IMG/VR virus record: IMGVR_UViG_3300045922_000174
Length of the DNA: 42,869 bases
Direction: 5' to 3' (one strand)
Source: a virus
Both the position numbers and the translations under genes were made by a program. The notes beneath the pieces were generated by a model that made no database searches, was not told the DNA's origin, and saw nothing but the letters and a program-made list of their open reading frames with translations. This document shows, piece by piece, positions 6,434 to 15,995 of the stretch (the first letter of the stretch is position 1; the number at the start of each line of letters is the position of its first letter).

Positions 6434-7198
6434 TTATTGTTTTCCTTCGATGATGCTTTCGATTTTTGCGATGCGTTTTTCAAGGTCTTCAATTCGCTCC
6501 TCAATCGTTGGTTTGCTTTCTTTCACCCTGCCAAAATACTCATTGACCGCCTTTTCATCTCCATTCCAGCGGTTGTAATCCTGATACATTTTGTCTGTGC
6601 TGGCACAGAACGCCGGGCATTTGTCACCGGTCTGGTGAATCAGCCATGTGCTTGCACCTTTGGGTAATACAGGCGGGCCCGGGTGTTCGTCAGCATAAAT
6701 GCTTCCCGGTTTCGGTTTGAGATACTGCGCCACCCATAACCATAAATTGACATTCGGCATGTCTTTGAGTGAAAGCCGGCGATTGAGAAACTCTGCACGG
6801 CTATACAGAATCGGTGTCCTGCCTGTGCGCCGCTCAATAATCCTTGCTAAATCGTTGACCGTCTTGGTGTATTGGCTGACACTGACATTGTGAACGCCGT
6901 CCTCCAATTCCACGTCCAGAACAAAACGGTCATGTTCGTCAAATGTGCCAACATGGGTAAAAAAGTTATCCGCCTGCCGGATTGCGTCTTCATTGGGATA
7001 GACGACATGATACGCCATCCGGTTGTATCCGCGCTTTCCCGCTTCCGCCCAATTGGCGGCAAAGAACGGGTCACGATACGCCCATGAGATTGTGCAACGA
7101 AACGCAATGAATGTCACTCTTGGTATGTGCGCATCCACCGCATCCCACCTCAAAAATCCATCATACCTTGACACGTCAATACCAAATGCTCTCTCCAT
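6434..7198 (-). CDS. Endolysin, glycoside hydrolase family 25 muramidase-like
   Basis: The N-terminus MERAFGIDVSRYDGFLRWDAV...VTFIAFRCTISWAYRDPFFAANWAEAGKRGYNRMAYHVVYP matches the GH25 pattern (GIDVSxxxGxIxW ... GAYHF-like). The C-terminus is a coiled coil (IEERIEDLEKRIAKIESIIEG). RBS is AAGGAGA. Confidence 0.8.
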   Translation of the reverse strand: MERAFGIDVSRYDGFLRWDAVDAHIPRVTFIAFRCTISWAYRDPFFAANWAEAGKRGYNRMAYHVVYPNEDAIRQADNFFTHVGTFDEHDRFVLDVELEDGVHNVSVSQYTKTVNDLARIIERRTGRTPILYSRAEFLNRRLSLKDMPNVNLWLWVAQYLKPKPGSIYADEHPGPPVLPKGASTWLIHQTGDKCPAFCASTDKMYQDYNRWNGDEKAVNEYFGRVKESKPTIEERIEDLEKRIAKIESIIEGKQ

Positions 7199-7210
7199 AG
7201 CCGTCTCCTT

Positions 7211-8014
7211 TTACAACATATTGAACCTCATCCAGTGTACTGACATAATGGTTGTTCCCGGCACAACCCGACAACAGGCAAGGAAGCCGATATGGGTCGG
7301 CGTCATAAATGACGAAAGATTATAGTCTACGAGTAAAGGACAGATGAAACCATCATAGCCGTAGCCGTAAGTATATCCGGTTGATTTTTTGGCGATGTAT
7401 AAATAGGGATGAAAGTATTGTGTTTCACCTTGAGCTGACGGGTTGCCATTCCAAGATGTTGCTGAGTTCCAATTCTCTACATTTATCGAAATATTGCTTG
7501 AATCCCTGTTATTCATTACCATATTAATCTTGCCGCTGTTCTGGTCATACAAACCAAGCGCGGCTATTGTCCAGTCACTGTATGTTGACCCTCTCGATGT
7601 TGCCGCCATACCCACTTTGGCGTAGCATTCCCAATATCCAGGAGGTATCGGTTTAGCAACACCGCGAAGTTGCAAAGTGTTATGCCCGTCTACCTTCATC
7701 ACCAAAGCACTTTTCTCAACCCATTGCGTGAAATTGCTACTGCCGTTGATAGTTATCCAAGAAGATGACAGGTTATCGTCAAATTCTTCGTTGTATTGCG
7801 ATGCAGGCCACAACTCCCGCGCATCAATGCCAACGTCAATTCCGCCACCACCAATGTCCCATGACCAACCAGCAGACGTGTACATTCCTATTTTCCCTGT
7901 ATCTGTGGCATAGGCAATCATGCCCTCAATCGGCGATGGAGTTGCTTCTATCTGTGATTGGGTGGCTTTGTAAAGTACACCGGGTTTTCCTAATTGTTGG
8001 TCATTCGCTTTCAT
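7211..8014 (-). CDS. Tail fibre / receptor-binding protein candidate (beta-rich, lectin/jelly-roll-like C-terminal part)
   Basis: 267 aa and last in the tail gene run. The N-terminus GMIAYATDTGKIGMYTSAGWSW is typical of fibre-tip proteins. The rest is Ser/Asn/Trp/Tyr-rich and beta-type in composition. Confidence 0.55.
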   Translation of the reverse strand: MKANDQQLGKPGVLYKATQSQIEATPSPIEGMIAYATDTGKIGMYTSAGWSWDIGGGGIDVGIDARELWPASQYNEEFDDNLSSSWITINGSSNFTQWVEKSALVMKVDGHNTLQLRGVAKPIPPGYWECYAKVGMAATSRGSTYSDWTIAALGLYDQNSGKINMVMNNRDSSNISINVENWNSATSWNGNPSAQGETQYFHPYLYIAKKSTGYTYGYGYDGFICPLLVDYNLSSFMTPTHIGFLACCRVVPGTTIMSVHWMRFNML

Positions 8015-8448
8015 ACCATTTCTCCGATTTTCCAGTATTTCTTTTTCCGATACTCCACCTGCAAACCTAGACCAGTGACCCTCGATTCGATTAATTCTCT
8101 ATACTCAACCTGTAGCCCCATGGCAGTAACGATTTTTGTGTTGGGTATCTCGCATTCCACTTGAATACCAATGGCGGTAAGCATTCTGGTATCCGGTGGC
8201 TTGTATTCAAATTGAATGCCCGCACCGGTGACCCTCGTTTCAAGTGGTATATCATGCTCGACCTGTACACCTGTACCAGTTACCCTTGTTTCAAGTGGTA
8301 TATCATGCTCGACCTGTACACCTGTACCAGTAACCCTCGTTTCAAGTGGTGGCTTATGCTCGACCTCAACACCCGCACCGGTGACCCTCGTTGCCAGCGG
8401 GACATCGTGTTCAACTTCAACACCGGTTGCGGTTACACGTCTGGTCAT
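8011..8448 (-). CDS. Repeat protein: about 8 tandem 17-aa units (TRVTGxGVQVEHDIPLE); putative fibre or spike shaft
   Basis: 145 aa with ATGA overlaps to both neighbours. Almost the whole protein is a 17-residue periodic repeat. Confidence 0.7.
   Translation of the reverse strand: MTRRVTATGVEVEHDVPLATRVTGAGVEVEHKPPLETRVTGTGVQVEHDIPLETRVTGTGVQVEHDIPLETRVTGAGIQFEYKPPDTRMLTAIGIQVECEIPNTKIVTAMGLQVEYRELIESRVTGLGLQVEYRKKKYWKIGEMV
8043..8436. repeat. 51-bp tandem repeat array (about 8 units) encoding the 17-aa repeats
   Basis: The units at about 8230..8280 and 8281..8331 are almost identical (...gtttcaagtggtatatcatgctcgacctgtacacctgtaccagt...). Flanking units diverge progressively. Confidence 0.8.
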
Positions 8449-9425
8449 TTAGACATAATCCCCACTTGTAAGTTGTTAATGTCGTCTATCGTCCAATCGT
8501 TCGATGTCGCCGGATTTTTTGTGTATTCATTGCCATAGTAATTGACGTAGTTCGTAGTCAACGGGGTGTCGCTTGCCATCCAGTACTCTTGTGAGTTGGT
8601 TTTCAATCCAATATTGATTGACGCCAAATCCGATGATGTCTTCTTCGCTCTTGCGATTGCCCATACTCGTTTGATAATCGAATTGGACGGCAACGACCAG
8701 TTTTCTAGATTGTATAAATCCTTCTGGTTTGTAGTGTCTGTGGTGACGTAATCCGTGTCGTCATTCGCCGGGAAACCCTCGTCAACACACTCGTAGTTAT
8801 TGCCGCTGGATGGCGTCCATTGGTTTGTATCTCCATTGGCATTGGGTTTTAGCAGAACGATTCTGCCATCGCCGCACCACGAATTGTCTTCCGAACCGTT
8901 GGTGTCGTTAATCGCAATATCGTCCCAATATGTGACGTTCGCTTTGTTGGTGAAGGCTATTCGTAAAATTCCAGTACGATTGTTGGGATTGGTGTTACCA
9001 GTGTATTGAAGTACTAGATTCCCATCCATCTTGACTTCCACGACACCATTTGACGTACCAAGTTTAAAGTGTACTTCCATTAAGTACCAACGATGGTTGA
9101 GATAAAGAGTTGAGTTGGATGCTACGGTTGTTCCTTCAATCCATATTGAATTTGCATGAGCTCTAATTATCGAATTGTTTGAATAGTTATAGTGAGCATG
9201 GATATAAGGAAGATTGCCCAGGTCGGATGACGCGCTATATACTGCGGCGCGGACATAAACTTCCTGTAAAGTACCAACGTTTTTTATATTGGCATAGCTA
9301 AAATCTGTCCAGAACGATGCCACCCCGCTTCTTGCTACGGCTGTTGAAACATGTGCCGCATAATACCAATCATCCCATACTTCCATCGTCCGTTCTTCCG
9401 CTCCAGTTGTGAATAACCTTGCCAT
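8445..9425 (-). CDS. Tail-associated structural protein with a concanavalin/LamG-like jelly-roll signature
   Basis: 326 aa with RBS AAGGAGG. The pattern ...WYLMEVHFKLGTSNGVVEVKMDGNLV...YWDDIAINDTNGSEDN... resembles LamG/laminin-G-like lectin domains often found on phage fibres. Confidence 0.55.
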   Translation of the reverse strand: MARLFTTGAEERTMEVWDDWYYAAHVSTAVARSGVASFWTDFSYANIKNVGTLQEVYVRAAVYSASSDLGNLPYIHAHYNYSNNSIIRAHANSIWIEGTTVASNSTLYLNHRWYLMEVHFKLGTSNGVVEVKMDGNLVLQYTGNTNPNNRTGILRIAFTNKANVTYWDDIAINDTNGSEDNSWCGDGRIVLLKPNANGDTNQWTPSSGNNYECVDEGFPANDDTDYVTTDTTNQKDLYNLENWSLPSNSIIKRVWAIARAKKTSSDLASINIGLKTNSQEYWMASDTPLTTNYVNYYGNEYTKNPATSNDWTIDDINNLQVGIMSK

Positions 9426-9436
9426 CTTTATCCTCC

Positions 9437-10519
9437 TTATCTGTACACAATTGTTACGACCAGATTGTCGCCGCCGTACGTTCCGCCGGCTTGGTCTATA
9501 TCAACTGTAATGTATTGATTCGCATCCCATTCAAACGTTTGTAATGCGGTAGAATACCCACTCATCTGACCGCTGACAATACGTGGACGATTTTGTGCCT
9601 CGAAGATGCTCGTGCCATTGATGTTCACGTCCACAATCAAATCACCACCAACCGGTGGCGACGTTGTGTTGAGATACACACCATACAAGGTGCGCTTTCT
9701 CCCGGTTCGGTTATAAATACGCAATACACCCGTTTCTAATTCAACCGTTCCCTCTTTGGTGAAATAAATTTGCTGGTAGGGTGTTACTGCCGTTGAATCA
9801 ATTTGACCAATCGCAATCACAACTGCCAATTGTGACGCGCCGGTGGCTACCTCGTCAATGTCAAGACGTAATACATCGCCGGCTTGCAATCCGATAATAT
9901 CCGGTGTAGCCGATACCACACCATCAGCATCGTTGTAGGCAATGGTAGGTCTTGCGCTTTGTGCCGTGAAAATGGTTGTCCCGTTCTTGTGAATATCTAT
10001 GATGGTCGAACCGCTTGTCCCGGTTGTTTTGCAGAACGCATAGACACTTGCAATGGCACAATCACGCGGCACGGTGTAATAGGCAACTCCTTCAGTGGCT
10101 TGCAATGCGCCATCCACCCAAAAGGAAATGTCTGCGCCGCCGCCGCCAAGTCCATCGTGTGTGTGGTCTCCGGGAGCCACTTTTCCGCTTTCCATCCCAA
10201 TCCGGTCTTCAGCAACCAAATCACCGTATGCGCTGAAGCGGTCACTACTCAATGACCCCGCATTGATGTTCGAAGCATTCCGATAAAAACTTCCATGCTC
10301 ACCATCGAGTTTATCGGCATCCCGATAATACTCGCCATGATGACCGTCCAGTAAATCAGCGTTCAAACCGGTGACGACACCGGCATTATTCAGCGTGTCT
10401 AAAGCCTCACGTCCTTGTGACCACAGGATAAAAAACTTCTGCCGCAATTCCTCCATTTCCCTGTTGGTCAGGTCACGGCGTGCCAAATCCTTCAACAGAG
10501 AAATGATGTCGTCTATCAT
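9437..10519 (-). CDS. Tail fibre protein
   Basis: 360 aa. The motifs GLNADLLDGHHGEYY, KLDGEHGSFYRNASNINAGSLSSDRF and APGDHTH are the recurring N-proximal motifs of many phage tail fibre proteins. Confidence 0.7.
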   Translation of the reverse strand: MIDDIISLLKDLARRDLTNREMEELRQKFFILWSQGREALDTLNNAGVVTGLNADLLDGHHGEYYRDADKLDGEHGSFYRNASNINAGSLSSDRFSAYGDLVAEDRIGMESGKVAPGDHTHDGLGGGGADISFWVDGALQATEGVAYYTVPRDCAIASVYAFCKTTGTSGSTIIDIHKNGTTIFTAQSARPTIAYNDADGVVSATPDIIGLQAGDVLRLDIDEVATGASQLAVVIAIGQIDSTAVTPYQQIYFTKEGTVELETGVLRIYNRTGRKRTLYGVYLNTTSPPVGGDLIVDVNINGTSIFEAQNRPRIVSGQMSGYSTALQTFEWDANQYITVDIDQAGGTYGGDNLVVTIVYR

Positions 10520-10941
10520 AGTGGCTTCCCCACGCGAAACGTGACCACACGTATCGCATCGTCGAGTGTAGGAATTTCATAATCCCAAATGACGACATAT
10601 TCGGGATATTTGTCTGATAGAAAGGCATCGTCAATAAATTCCTTCTCATCGTTGGAGTGCCAGTATTTTCCCTTGACCGATATAAAACAGGGATGTGGCT
10701 TATAAACGATAATATCCCCCACATACCCGCCGGGAAAATCTCTTCCGCCGAACACGCTTTGTTGGATAAAAATATCTTCTTGTTTGTATCCCAATTGCAG
10801 TAACGCAAGATAGACCATCTGTTCCGGTTTAGTCGTTCCCGGATAATTCATGGATGGTATATCGCCCGATTTTATGGCGGGTGCTGGTTTTGGCGTACCT
10901 TTCGCCTTCCGTTTCGTTGGAAACTGATACGGTTTTAGCAT
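10516..10941 (-). CDS. Hypothetical protein embedded in the tail module; possible Vsr/PD-(D/E)xK-like endonuclease fold
   Basis: 141 aa, translationally coupled on both sides. EQMVYLALLQLGY...GGYVGDIIVYKPHPCFISVKGKYWHS loosely resembles the E...D...(V/I)xG(C/K)(F/Y)WH core of Vsr/DUF559-type nucleases. I judged this by eye only. Confidence 0.3.
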   Translation of the reverse strand: MLKPYQFPTKRKAKGTPKPAPAIKSGDIPSMNYPGTTKPEQMVYLALLQLGYKQEDIFIQQSVFGGRDFPGGYVGDIIVYKPHPCFISVKGKYWHSNDEKEFIDDAFLSDKYPEYVVIWDYEIPTLDDAIRVVTFRVGKPL

Positions 10942-13900
10942 ACGTTATCCAGCTCCAGTCCTTGCAACACTATCCTGCGCTCTGCCGCAAACGAAACGTA
11001 AATCAATGCGTCAATCCTGAAATCGTACGCATTGTGCGGCACATAATCAAAAATACTTGAATTGAAGCCAACCATGATTTGCGGTTCTGCCTGCTGGTTG
11101 GGGTCTGGTGTCCATGTGTCCACAAATGAAACTTCACGGGTCACCGTTCCGCCAACAAGGTCAGGACTTAAATCCTCTCTCCATCGAGGGTCACCCATCA
11201 GGTTATTATTGCGCACCCACAAATTGGTGATTTGGCTTCCTACACCAAACGTTCCCCATGTGGCAATCACTCGATTGCTGATTTTTCCTCCCCAATTCAA
11301 CAATCCCGTATTTTTGAATTTCATCCGGCTGTGCGCCGCCCAAAATCCTAACAGATAATCTGTCCCGGCAGTACCACCCCATCCAGATAGTGTAAATTCA
11401 CGCCGACATCGCCAATTACTTATCCGTCCCCATACACCATAATCCGTATAACCCCACGAGAATTGAACCCCTTCCACAACGTCCCAAGCATCATGGATGG
11501 GGTCATTACTGGTCTCAATGGATTGTGGTCTGAACGGCGTCCCAATAATATGCACACCAATCGAGTAAATACGAGTTGGCGCAATCGTTTCCAGATAGCC
11601 TGTGCGGACATTCGGGTCTGTCACAGGATGTTTTGTCCCGACTGCTACAATGTTGCCAAGACGGTCATAAGCACGCACCTCGTAAAAATCATCATCGGTT
11701 GTCTCTGTCCAAACGTCATTGATTAACTTGTACCATGTGCCGGTAATCCGATATGTCGTCCGATGCGTGTGTTGCGGCGTGCGCAACACTGCTTCCAGCG
11801 GGACACGATAGGTGGTAACCTCATCCGGCTGAATGGTGACATTCATGGTGAAGTTGTGGTTGCTGTTCGCCGGTGCATTCAATGGACAAAATTCGCCTAC
11901 TTCCAACGGTTCGTCCGGCGGTTCTTCCACACCGCGAATGGTCATCTGTGCGTAATGCACTTCACGTCCTTCAAGGGTCAATTCCAGCGGGACAACACCG
12001 GGTCGTTCAATGACCACCTCACGGTTATCCCACAAATCAAAATGGCATCGCATCTGCAACGGGCGGACTGTCCTCGCCCAATAATTAATCAGATTGGAAA
12101 TCTCCTCACTGTCCGGGATTGGCTCATGTGTTCCGTCTCGTGTATATCCAATGTCCTTGATTCGGAAGGCGATTTGCCAGCTCTCTGCATCGTCATCCCT
12201 GCTGATGTAATTGACCGTATATCCTTCCAGAACCGGCGTGCTATCCCCATCGCCAATCAACAGGAATAGGAAACGTATTCTTCGCCCAATGGCGTCCAGC
12301 GTGATATGGTTTGTGTATCCACTGGAAACTTCCCCTGCAAATGTCCAGCGTGAAGCAGTGTTGTCATTGTCGTATTCCTCACCGTTCGACAGTTGGTAAT
12401 AAACGCGGATACGTCTGCTTGGCGATAAATTGGATGCGAAGATACTGATGAAGTCCCACCATTTTTGGGGTAGTAACCGCCCGGTGTCGTACCATCCAGA
12501 GATAAACCATCCATCATATTCAATCCTGTTTGTCTGGTCATAACGTGCATCTTCGGTATAATCCCAAGCCCGTGACGTGTGGGTGTAATGCAGTCCATTG
12601 CGGTCTCCGAACCATATGAAATCCATCTCGTCTTCGAGACGTTGATAAAACGCGGCTTTCATGCTGTTGCCTAGACCGGTAAATGCCATCGGATGCCATC
12701 CGCCTTGACGATAAAGAAACGCACCGCCTTCGGCTTCTGTACTGTACTCGCCGCGCATTCCACCATCTTTGACAATTACCAGACCACCAACCAGCGCAAG
12801 ATTGTCCATTACCAACCCATCGTATCGCGCTGGAAGCCCATAATCCCGTTCGGGCCCGAAGTTCTCCACAAGATTGTTGTAAAGCCGCTGGACACGATTA
12901 CCAAATGGGAACACCAGATAGGGCGGCAGGATTGCCGGACGCCGCCCCGTGTTGAGTGTCCATTGGCTTTCCATGTCAATAGACACCTTGTCAGGAACGC
13001 CGTTGCGCACCATCCAGATACTATCCATTGCGGTTACGACAAATTTGCCATCGTACTCAATCCCGCCGGTCAGGTCTTCGAAATTATCCAAGCCAATATT
13101 GATTTCCGTACCCCACGTCAAATTCGTTCCCCATGACACGGCGGGAGCTTTGGCGATAAATCCATTCCCATTGACGATTTTGTACAGAACCGGGCCCTCT
13201 ACTTGGTCAAAAGCCTGAACCAGAAAATTTGCGCCCGGTAAATCGCCACTCTGATTCTCGTTGGCGAAATGACGTACCCATTCGCCACCTTCTAAACTCT
13301 CGTGCATCCGTTTGATTTGTCGGGTCGAACCCAAAGCAAAATAGACGGTCTCCTCACGAACGGTTTCAGCATCCTGCACATCGGCTTCAAAGTCTGGATT
13401 GACTGTAATCTTTGTCCAGTACGGCGAACCGTGAATCACATACCAGTTGCTGTTGGTCAGTGCCTGTGTCCACGGGCGGTCAACGGTCAGTGTCGTGGCG
13501 GTGTTCCCGACAATCCTTCTCCACCCCAACCGTGCATCATTCAGGACAACGATTGCTCCTACCCATTGATTCGGTATCCAGTTCTTACTGCTATCTACAA
13601 CCAGTGTTGTATCGGAACTGTTATCACATGCGCCACGGTCACCATTCAGTAAAAGCGTCTTGCCGCTGACTGCGTACGTGCCGCGTCTGTATCGGAAGAA
13701 AATCCAATCCTTTGCGTTCTCATCGCTGAAAATCGTAAATAATGGCGGATATGCCGATGACGTTGCCCATGCTGAACCATTGTAGTATTGGGTCGGATAA
13801 TTCGAGTTTTGTACGGTGGCGATTTGGCATGTGTTCAGTGCAGAGATGACGTACCAAAATTCGGCTTGGGCATATTCAAAGATAAACTGATACATCTCAC

Positions 13901-14501
13901 TGCCCAAAGAAACATCGGTGATGGTCACCGATGTTACTTCTGAACCGATATTCCCTGCGTTATCTGTGTGAACTGTCAGGGTAAAAATGTTGTCCGTAAA
14001 TGTCCGTAACAGAACTTCGACACCCCGAATAGGATGATTGGCGTTTGCCTTGAACGCAAATTTGTGATTGACCGGCAATTCCAGCCACGTGATTGGCTTC
14101 TGAACACTATCCCAATTTCCAGTCCGTTTGGGAAATTCTGTGGTTGCGCGGAACACTCTTGGCGCAAGCATCATCCGTTCTGGTACAACACTCCACACGC
14201 GCTTCCCCATAAAATAACGTGTGGCATCCTTGTCGCCATTCATCTGTCCCAATCCACCAGACCAATCCCGTCTTGAAAATTCTCCATACGGCGGCTTCTT
14301 GGTACTGTAATCCCCACTCCCCATGTTGACCCGCAACGTTCCAGTCGGATAACCGGAATAACGAATAGCACTAATGGATGGTGTCCCTTTCTGGTCAACC
14401 GGATTGAAACCTAATGTCACCTGCTCCCCATTCTGGTTGTATCCCGTCAAGGAAAGCAGATGGGTGGGTTCTCGTTCATCGGGGTCAACACGGATTGCCA
14501 T
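10935..14501 (-). CDS. Large tail / nozzle-type structural protein (1,188 aa)
   Basis: ATG at 14501 after GAGGTGG; the track start at 14510 is a GTG. It is the largest ORF in the tail region and sits between an adaptor-like gene and the fibres. Its composition is Trp/Gly/Asn-rich and beta-type. I recognise no enzymatic motif. Confidence 0.6.
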   Translation of the reverse strand: MAIRVDPDEREPTHLLSLTGYNQNGEQVTLGFNPVDQKGTPSISAIRYSGYPTGTLRVNMGSGDYSTKKPPYGEFSRRDWSGGLGQMNGDKDATRYFMGKRVWSVVPERMMLAPRVFRATTEFPKRTGNWDSVQKPITWLELPVNHKFAFKANANHPIRGVEVLLRTFTDNIFTLTVHTDNAGNIGSEVTSVTITDVSLGSEMYQFIFEYAQAEFWYVISALNTCQIATVQNSNYPTQYYNGSAWATSSAYPPLFTIFSDENAKDWIFFRYRRGTYAVSGKTLLLNGDRGACDNSSDTTLVVDSSKNWIPNQWVGAIVVLNDARLGWRRIVGNTATTLTVDRPWTQALTNSNWYVIHGSPYWTKITVNPDFEADVQDAETVREETVYFALGSTRQIKRMHESLEGGEWVRHFANENQSGDLPGANFLVQAFDQVEGPVLYKIVNGNGFIAKAPAVSWGTNLTWGTEINIGLDNFEDLTGGIEYDGKFVVTAMDSIWMVRNGVPDKVSIDMESQWTLNTGRRPAILPPYLVFPFGNRVQRLYNNLVENFGPERDYGLPARYDGLVMDNLALVGGLVIVKDGGMRGEYSTEAEGGAFLYRQGGWHPMAFTGLGNSMKAAFYQRLEDEMDFIWFGDRNGLHYTHTSRAWDYTEDARYDQTNRIEYDGWFISGWYDTGRLLPQKWWDFISIFASNLSPSRRIRVYYQLSNGEEYDNDNTASRWTFAGEVSSGYTNHITLDAIGRRIRFLFLLIGDGDSTPVLEGYTVNYISRDDDAESWQIAFRIKDIGYTRDGTHEPIPDSEEISNLINYWARTVRPLQMRCHFDLWDNREVVIERPGVVPLELTLEGREVHYAQMTIRGVEEPPDEPLEVGEFCPLNAPANSNHNFTMNVTIQPDEVTTYRVPLEAVLRTPQHTHRTTYRITGTWYKLINDVWTETTDDDFYEVRAYDRLGNIVAVGTKHPVTDPNVRTGYLETIAPTRIYSIGVHIIGTPFRPQSIETSNDPIHDAWDVVEGVQFSWGYTDYGVWGRISNWRCRREFTLSGWGGTAGTDYLLGFWAAHSRMKFKNTGLLNWGGKISNRVIATWGTFGVGSQITNLWVRNNNLMGDPRWREDLSPDLVGGTVTREVSFVDTWTPDPNQQAEPQIMVGFNSSIFDYVPHNAYDFRIDALIYVSFAAERRIVLQGLELDNVC

Positions 14502-14503
14502 GA

Positions 14504-15265
14504 TTACCACCTCGCCAAAACAGGTTCTCTATCCATCAACTTGGGTCTGCGATGGTTCATTTCAAGGAATTTACTCATGTAGTAATTCAGCATTTCGCTG
14601 GTCGTTGCTTCATCGCGTCCCACCTTGTATGTCCGCCACAATAAAATGTGCATACAGGCGGCAACGGTCAGCAATTCAAAATCAATCTGTGGTTCTATCA
14701 GGTCAGTGGGATTTGCCGGAATGATTGGCGCACGAACGTAATGCAGTCGTAGGGTCTGGTCGGGTGTTGGCTCATCGGCGAAAACAAGATTATTCTCCAG
14801 TATTCTCCAATGACTGATGCGCCTGGCATTGCCATCCTCGTCCACAACTTCTACCCGCCGCACATCCTCACAACCGGTTGGGATAGGATACGATAGTGTA
14901 TCCGCCACGGTGGTAATCGTTTCGTTGACCGACATACGATAACCGACATCGTGAAACGCCTGCCATACACCGCGCTGAATCACATCCAGCGGAAATCGCG
15001 GGCCCGATGCCGTGAAACTCGTTCCAGACGAAACCGATACACCAATGTTCGCAAAGGTGAATGTCTGTGTGGCAGAGTTCCAGTTGTCAATGGTGACCAT
15101 CACCGGCGATGACAGGTTAATAAACAACACGCCGTTATTGTAGTATCCGTTCGGCTCAACGATATGGCTGGTGGTCAATGTCGTGTTCGAACCACCAGTG
15201 GAAACACCAGAACGAGTATCGCCCAAACGATTGGCAATTGCCTTGCATAAGTCGTAAAGGTTCAT
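14504..15265 (-). CDS. Virion structural protein (putative head-tail adaptor / tail tubular-type protein)
   Basis: 253 aa, positioned between the capsid block and the large tail protein. There is no motif-level identification. Confidence 0.5.
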   Translation of the reverse strand: MNLYDLCKAIANRLGDTRSGVSTGGSNTTLTTSHIVEPNGYYNNGVLFINLSSPVMVTIDNWNSATQTFTFANIGVSVSSGTSFTASGPRFPLDVIQRGVWQAFHDVGYRMSVNETITTVADTLSYPIPTGCEDVRRVEVVDEDGNARRISHWRILENNLVFADEPTPDQTLRLHYVRAPIIPANPTDLIEPQIDFELLTVAACMHILLWRTYKVGRDEATTSEMLNYYMSKFLEMNHRRPKLMDREPVLARW

Positions 15266-15423
15266 TTGCCTTTGCCCTTGCCTTTGCTCTTATTTTTGTC
15301 TTTGCTCATGCCGGCTTCATTCATGGCAATAGCCACGGCTTGGTCTCGTTTGTAACCGGCTTTGATAAGTTCGGCGATATTCTCGCTGATAACCTGTTTG
15401 CTTTTACCTTTCTTCAGCGGCAT
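15262..15423 (-). CDS. Small conserved-looking phage protein (53 aa; below the ORF-track cutoff)
   Basis: My own translation is [53 protein letters not shown]. It has an ATGA overlap with the next gene and a Lys/Gly-rich tail. Confidence 0.5.
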   Translation of the reverse strand: MPLKKGKSKQVISENIAELIKAGYKRDQAVAIAMNEAGMSKDKNKSKGKGKGK

Positions 15424-15436
15424 GTTGACCTCGCTT

Positions 15437-15736
15437 TCAGGGGGAATAATTATCTACGGGTTCGACAACATACCCCAAATCCCGAACGATTGGGATGATG
15501 TCTGGTGCTTTCTCTTCCGACAAAAACGCTTCGCCATTCTTGAACATCAGACCGACAAATTCACCGCTGATGGGTTGCGGCGTGCGAACGATAAAACCGT
15601 TGATGCCGGTTTTCTTGCCGCGCTTCTCCAGTTTTGCGGTCAGTTCTTCGACTTCCCTTTGTAATCGTTGTTTCTCCAACGTTAAGTCGTTGATTTTGTC
15701 GTACAGTTCTTGGATTTCTAAATCACTGATTGCCAT
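15437..15736 (-). CDS. Hypothetical coiled-coil protein (99 aa)
   Basis: Internal ATG at 15736 ([38 protein letters not shown]...) after AAGGAG. The longer track ORF 15437..15820 overlaps the upstream gene. Confidence 0.6.
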   Translation of the reverse strand: MAISDLEIQELYDKINDLTLEKQRLQREVEELTAKLEKRGKKTGINGFIVRTPQPISGEFVGLMFKNGEAFLSEEKAPDIIPIVRDLGYVVEPVDNYSP

Positions 15737-15995
15737 ATCTACGCTCCTTTTCATAAGTTTCACGTTCTGCTTCGGCGCGTGCCGGGTCTCGTTTATCTTT
15801 GAGATAATGATAAATCTCACGCGCCTTTCGTTGTCCGGTATCAGTTATCTGCACATGATAGGCAAAGGGTTGCGGAATGCGCCGGACATCACTGCCCCCG
15901 CAACGTGGGCAAGAGACCTGAATCACCTCCTTCATCCTTGCGTGAACAGAAAACTTATCGTCACAATTCTCACACTGATACACATATATCGGCAT
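15723..15995 (-). CDS. FmdB-family zinc-ribbon protein
   Basis: MPIYVYQCENCDDKFSVHARMKEVIQVSCPRCGGSDVRRI matches the YxYxCxxCxxxFE...CPxCG(S) signature of FmdB/CxxC_CxxC_SSSS zinc ribbons. It has a TAATG overlap with the upstream glycosyltransferase. Confidence 0.75.
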   Translation of the reverse strand: MPIYVYQCENCDDKFSVHARMKEVIQVSCPRCGGSDVRRIPQPFAYHVQITDTGQRKAREIYHYLKDKRDPARAEAERETYEKERRYGNQ

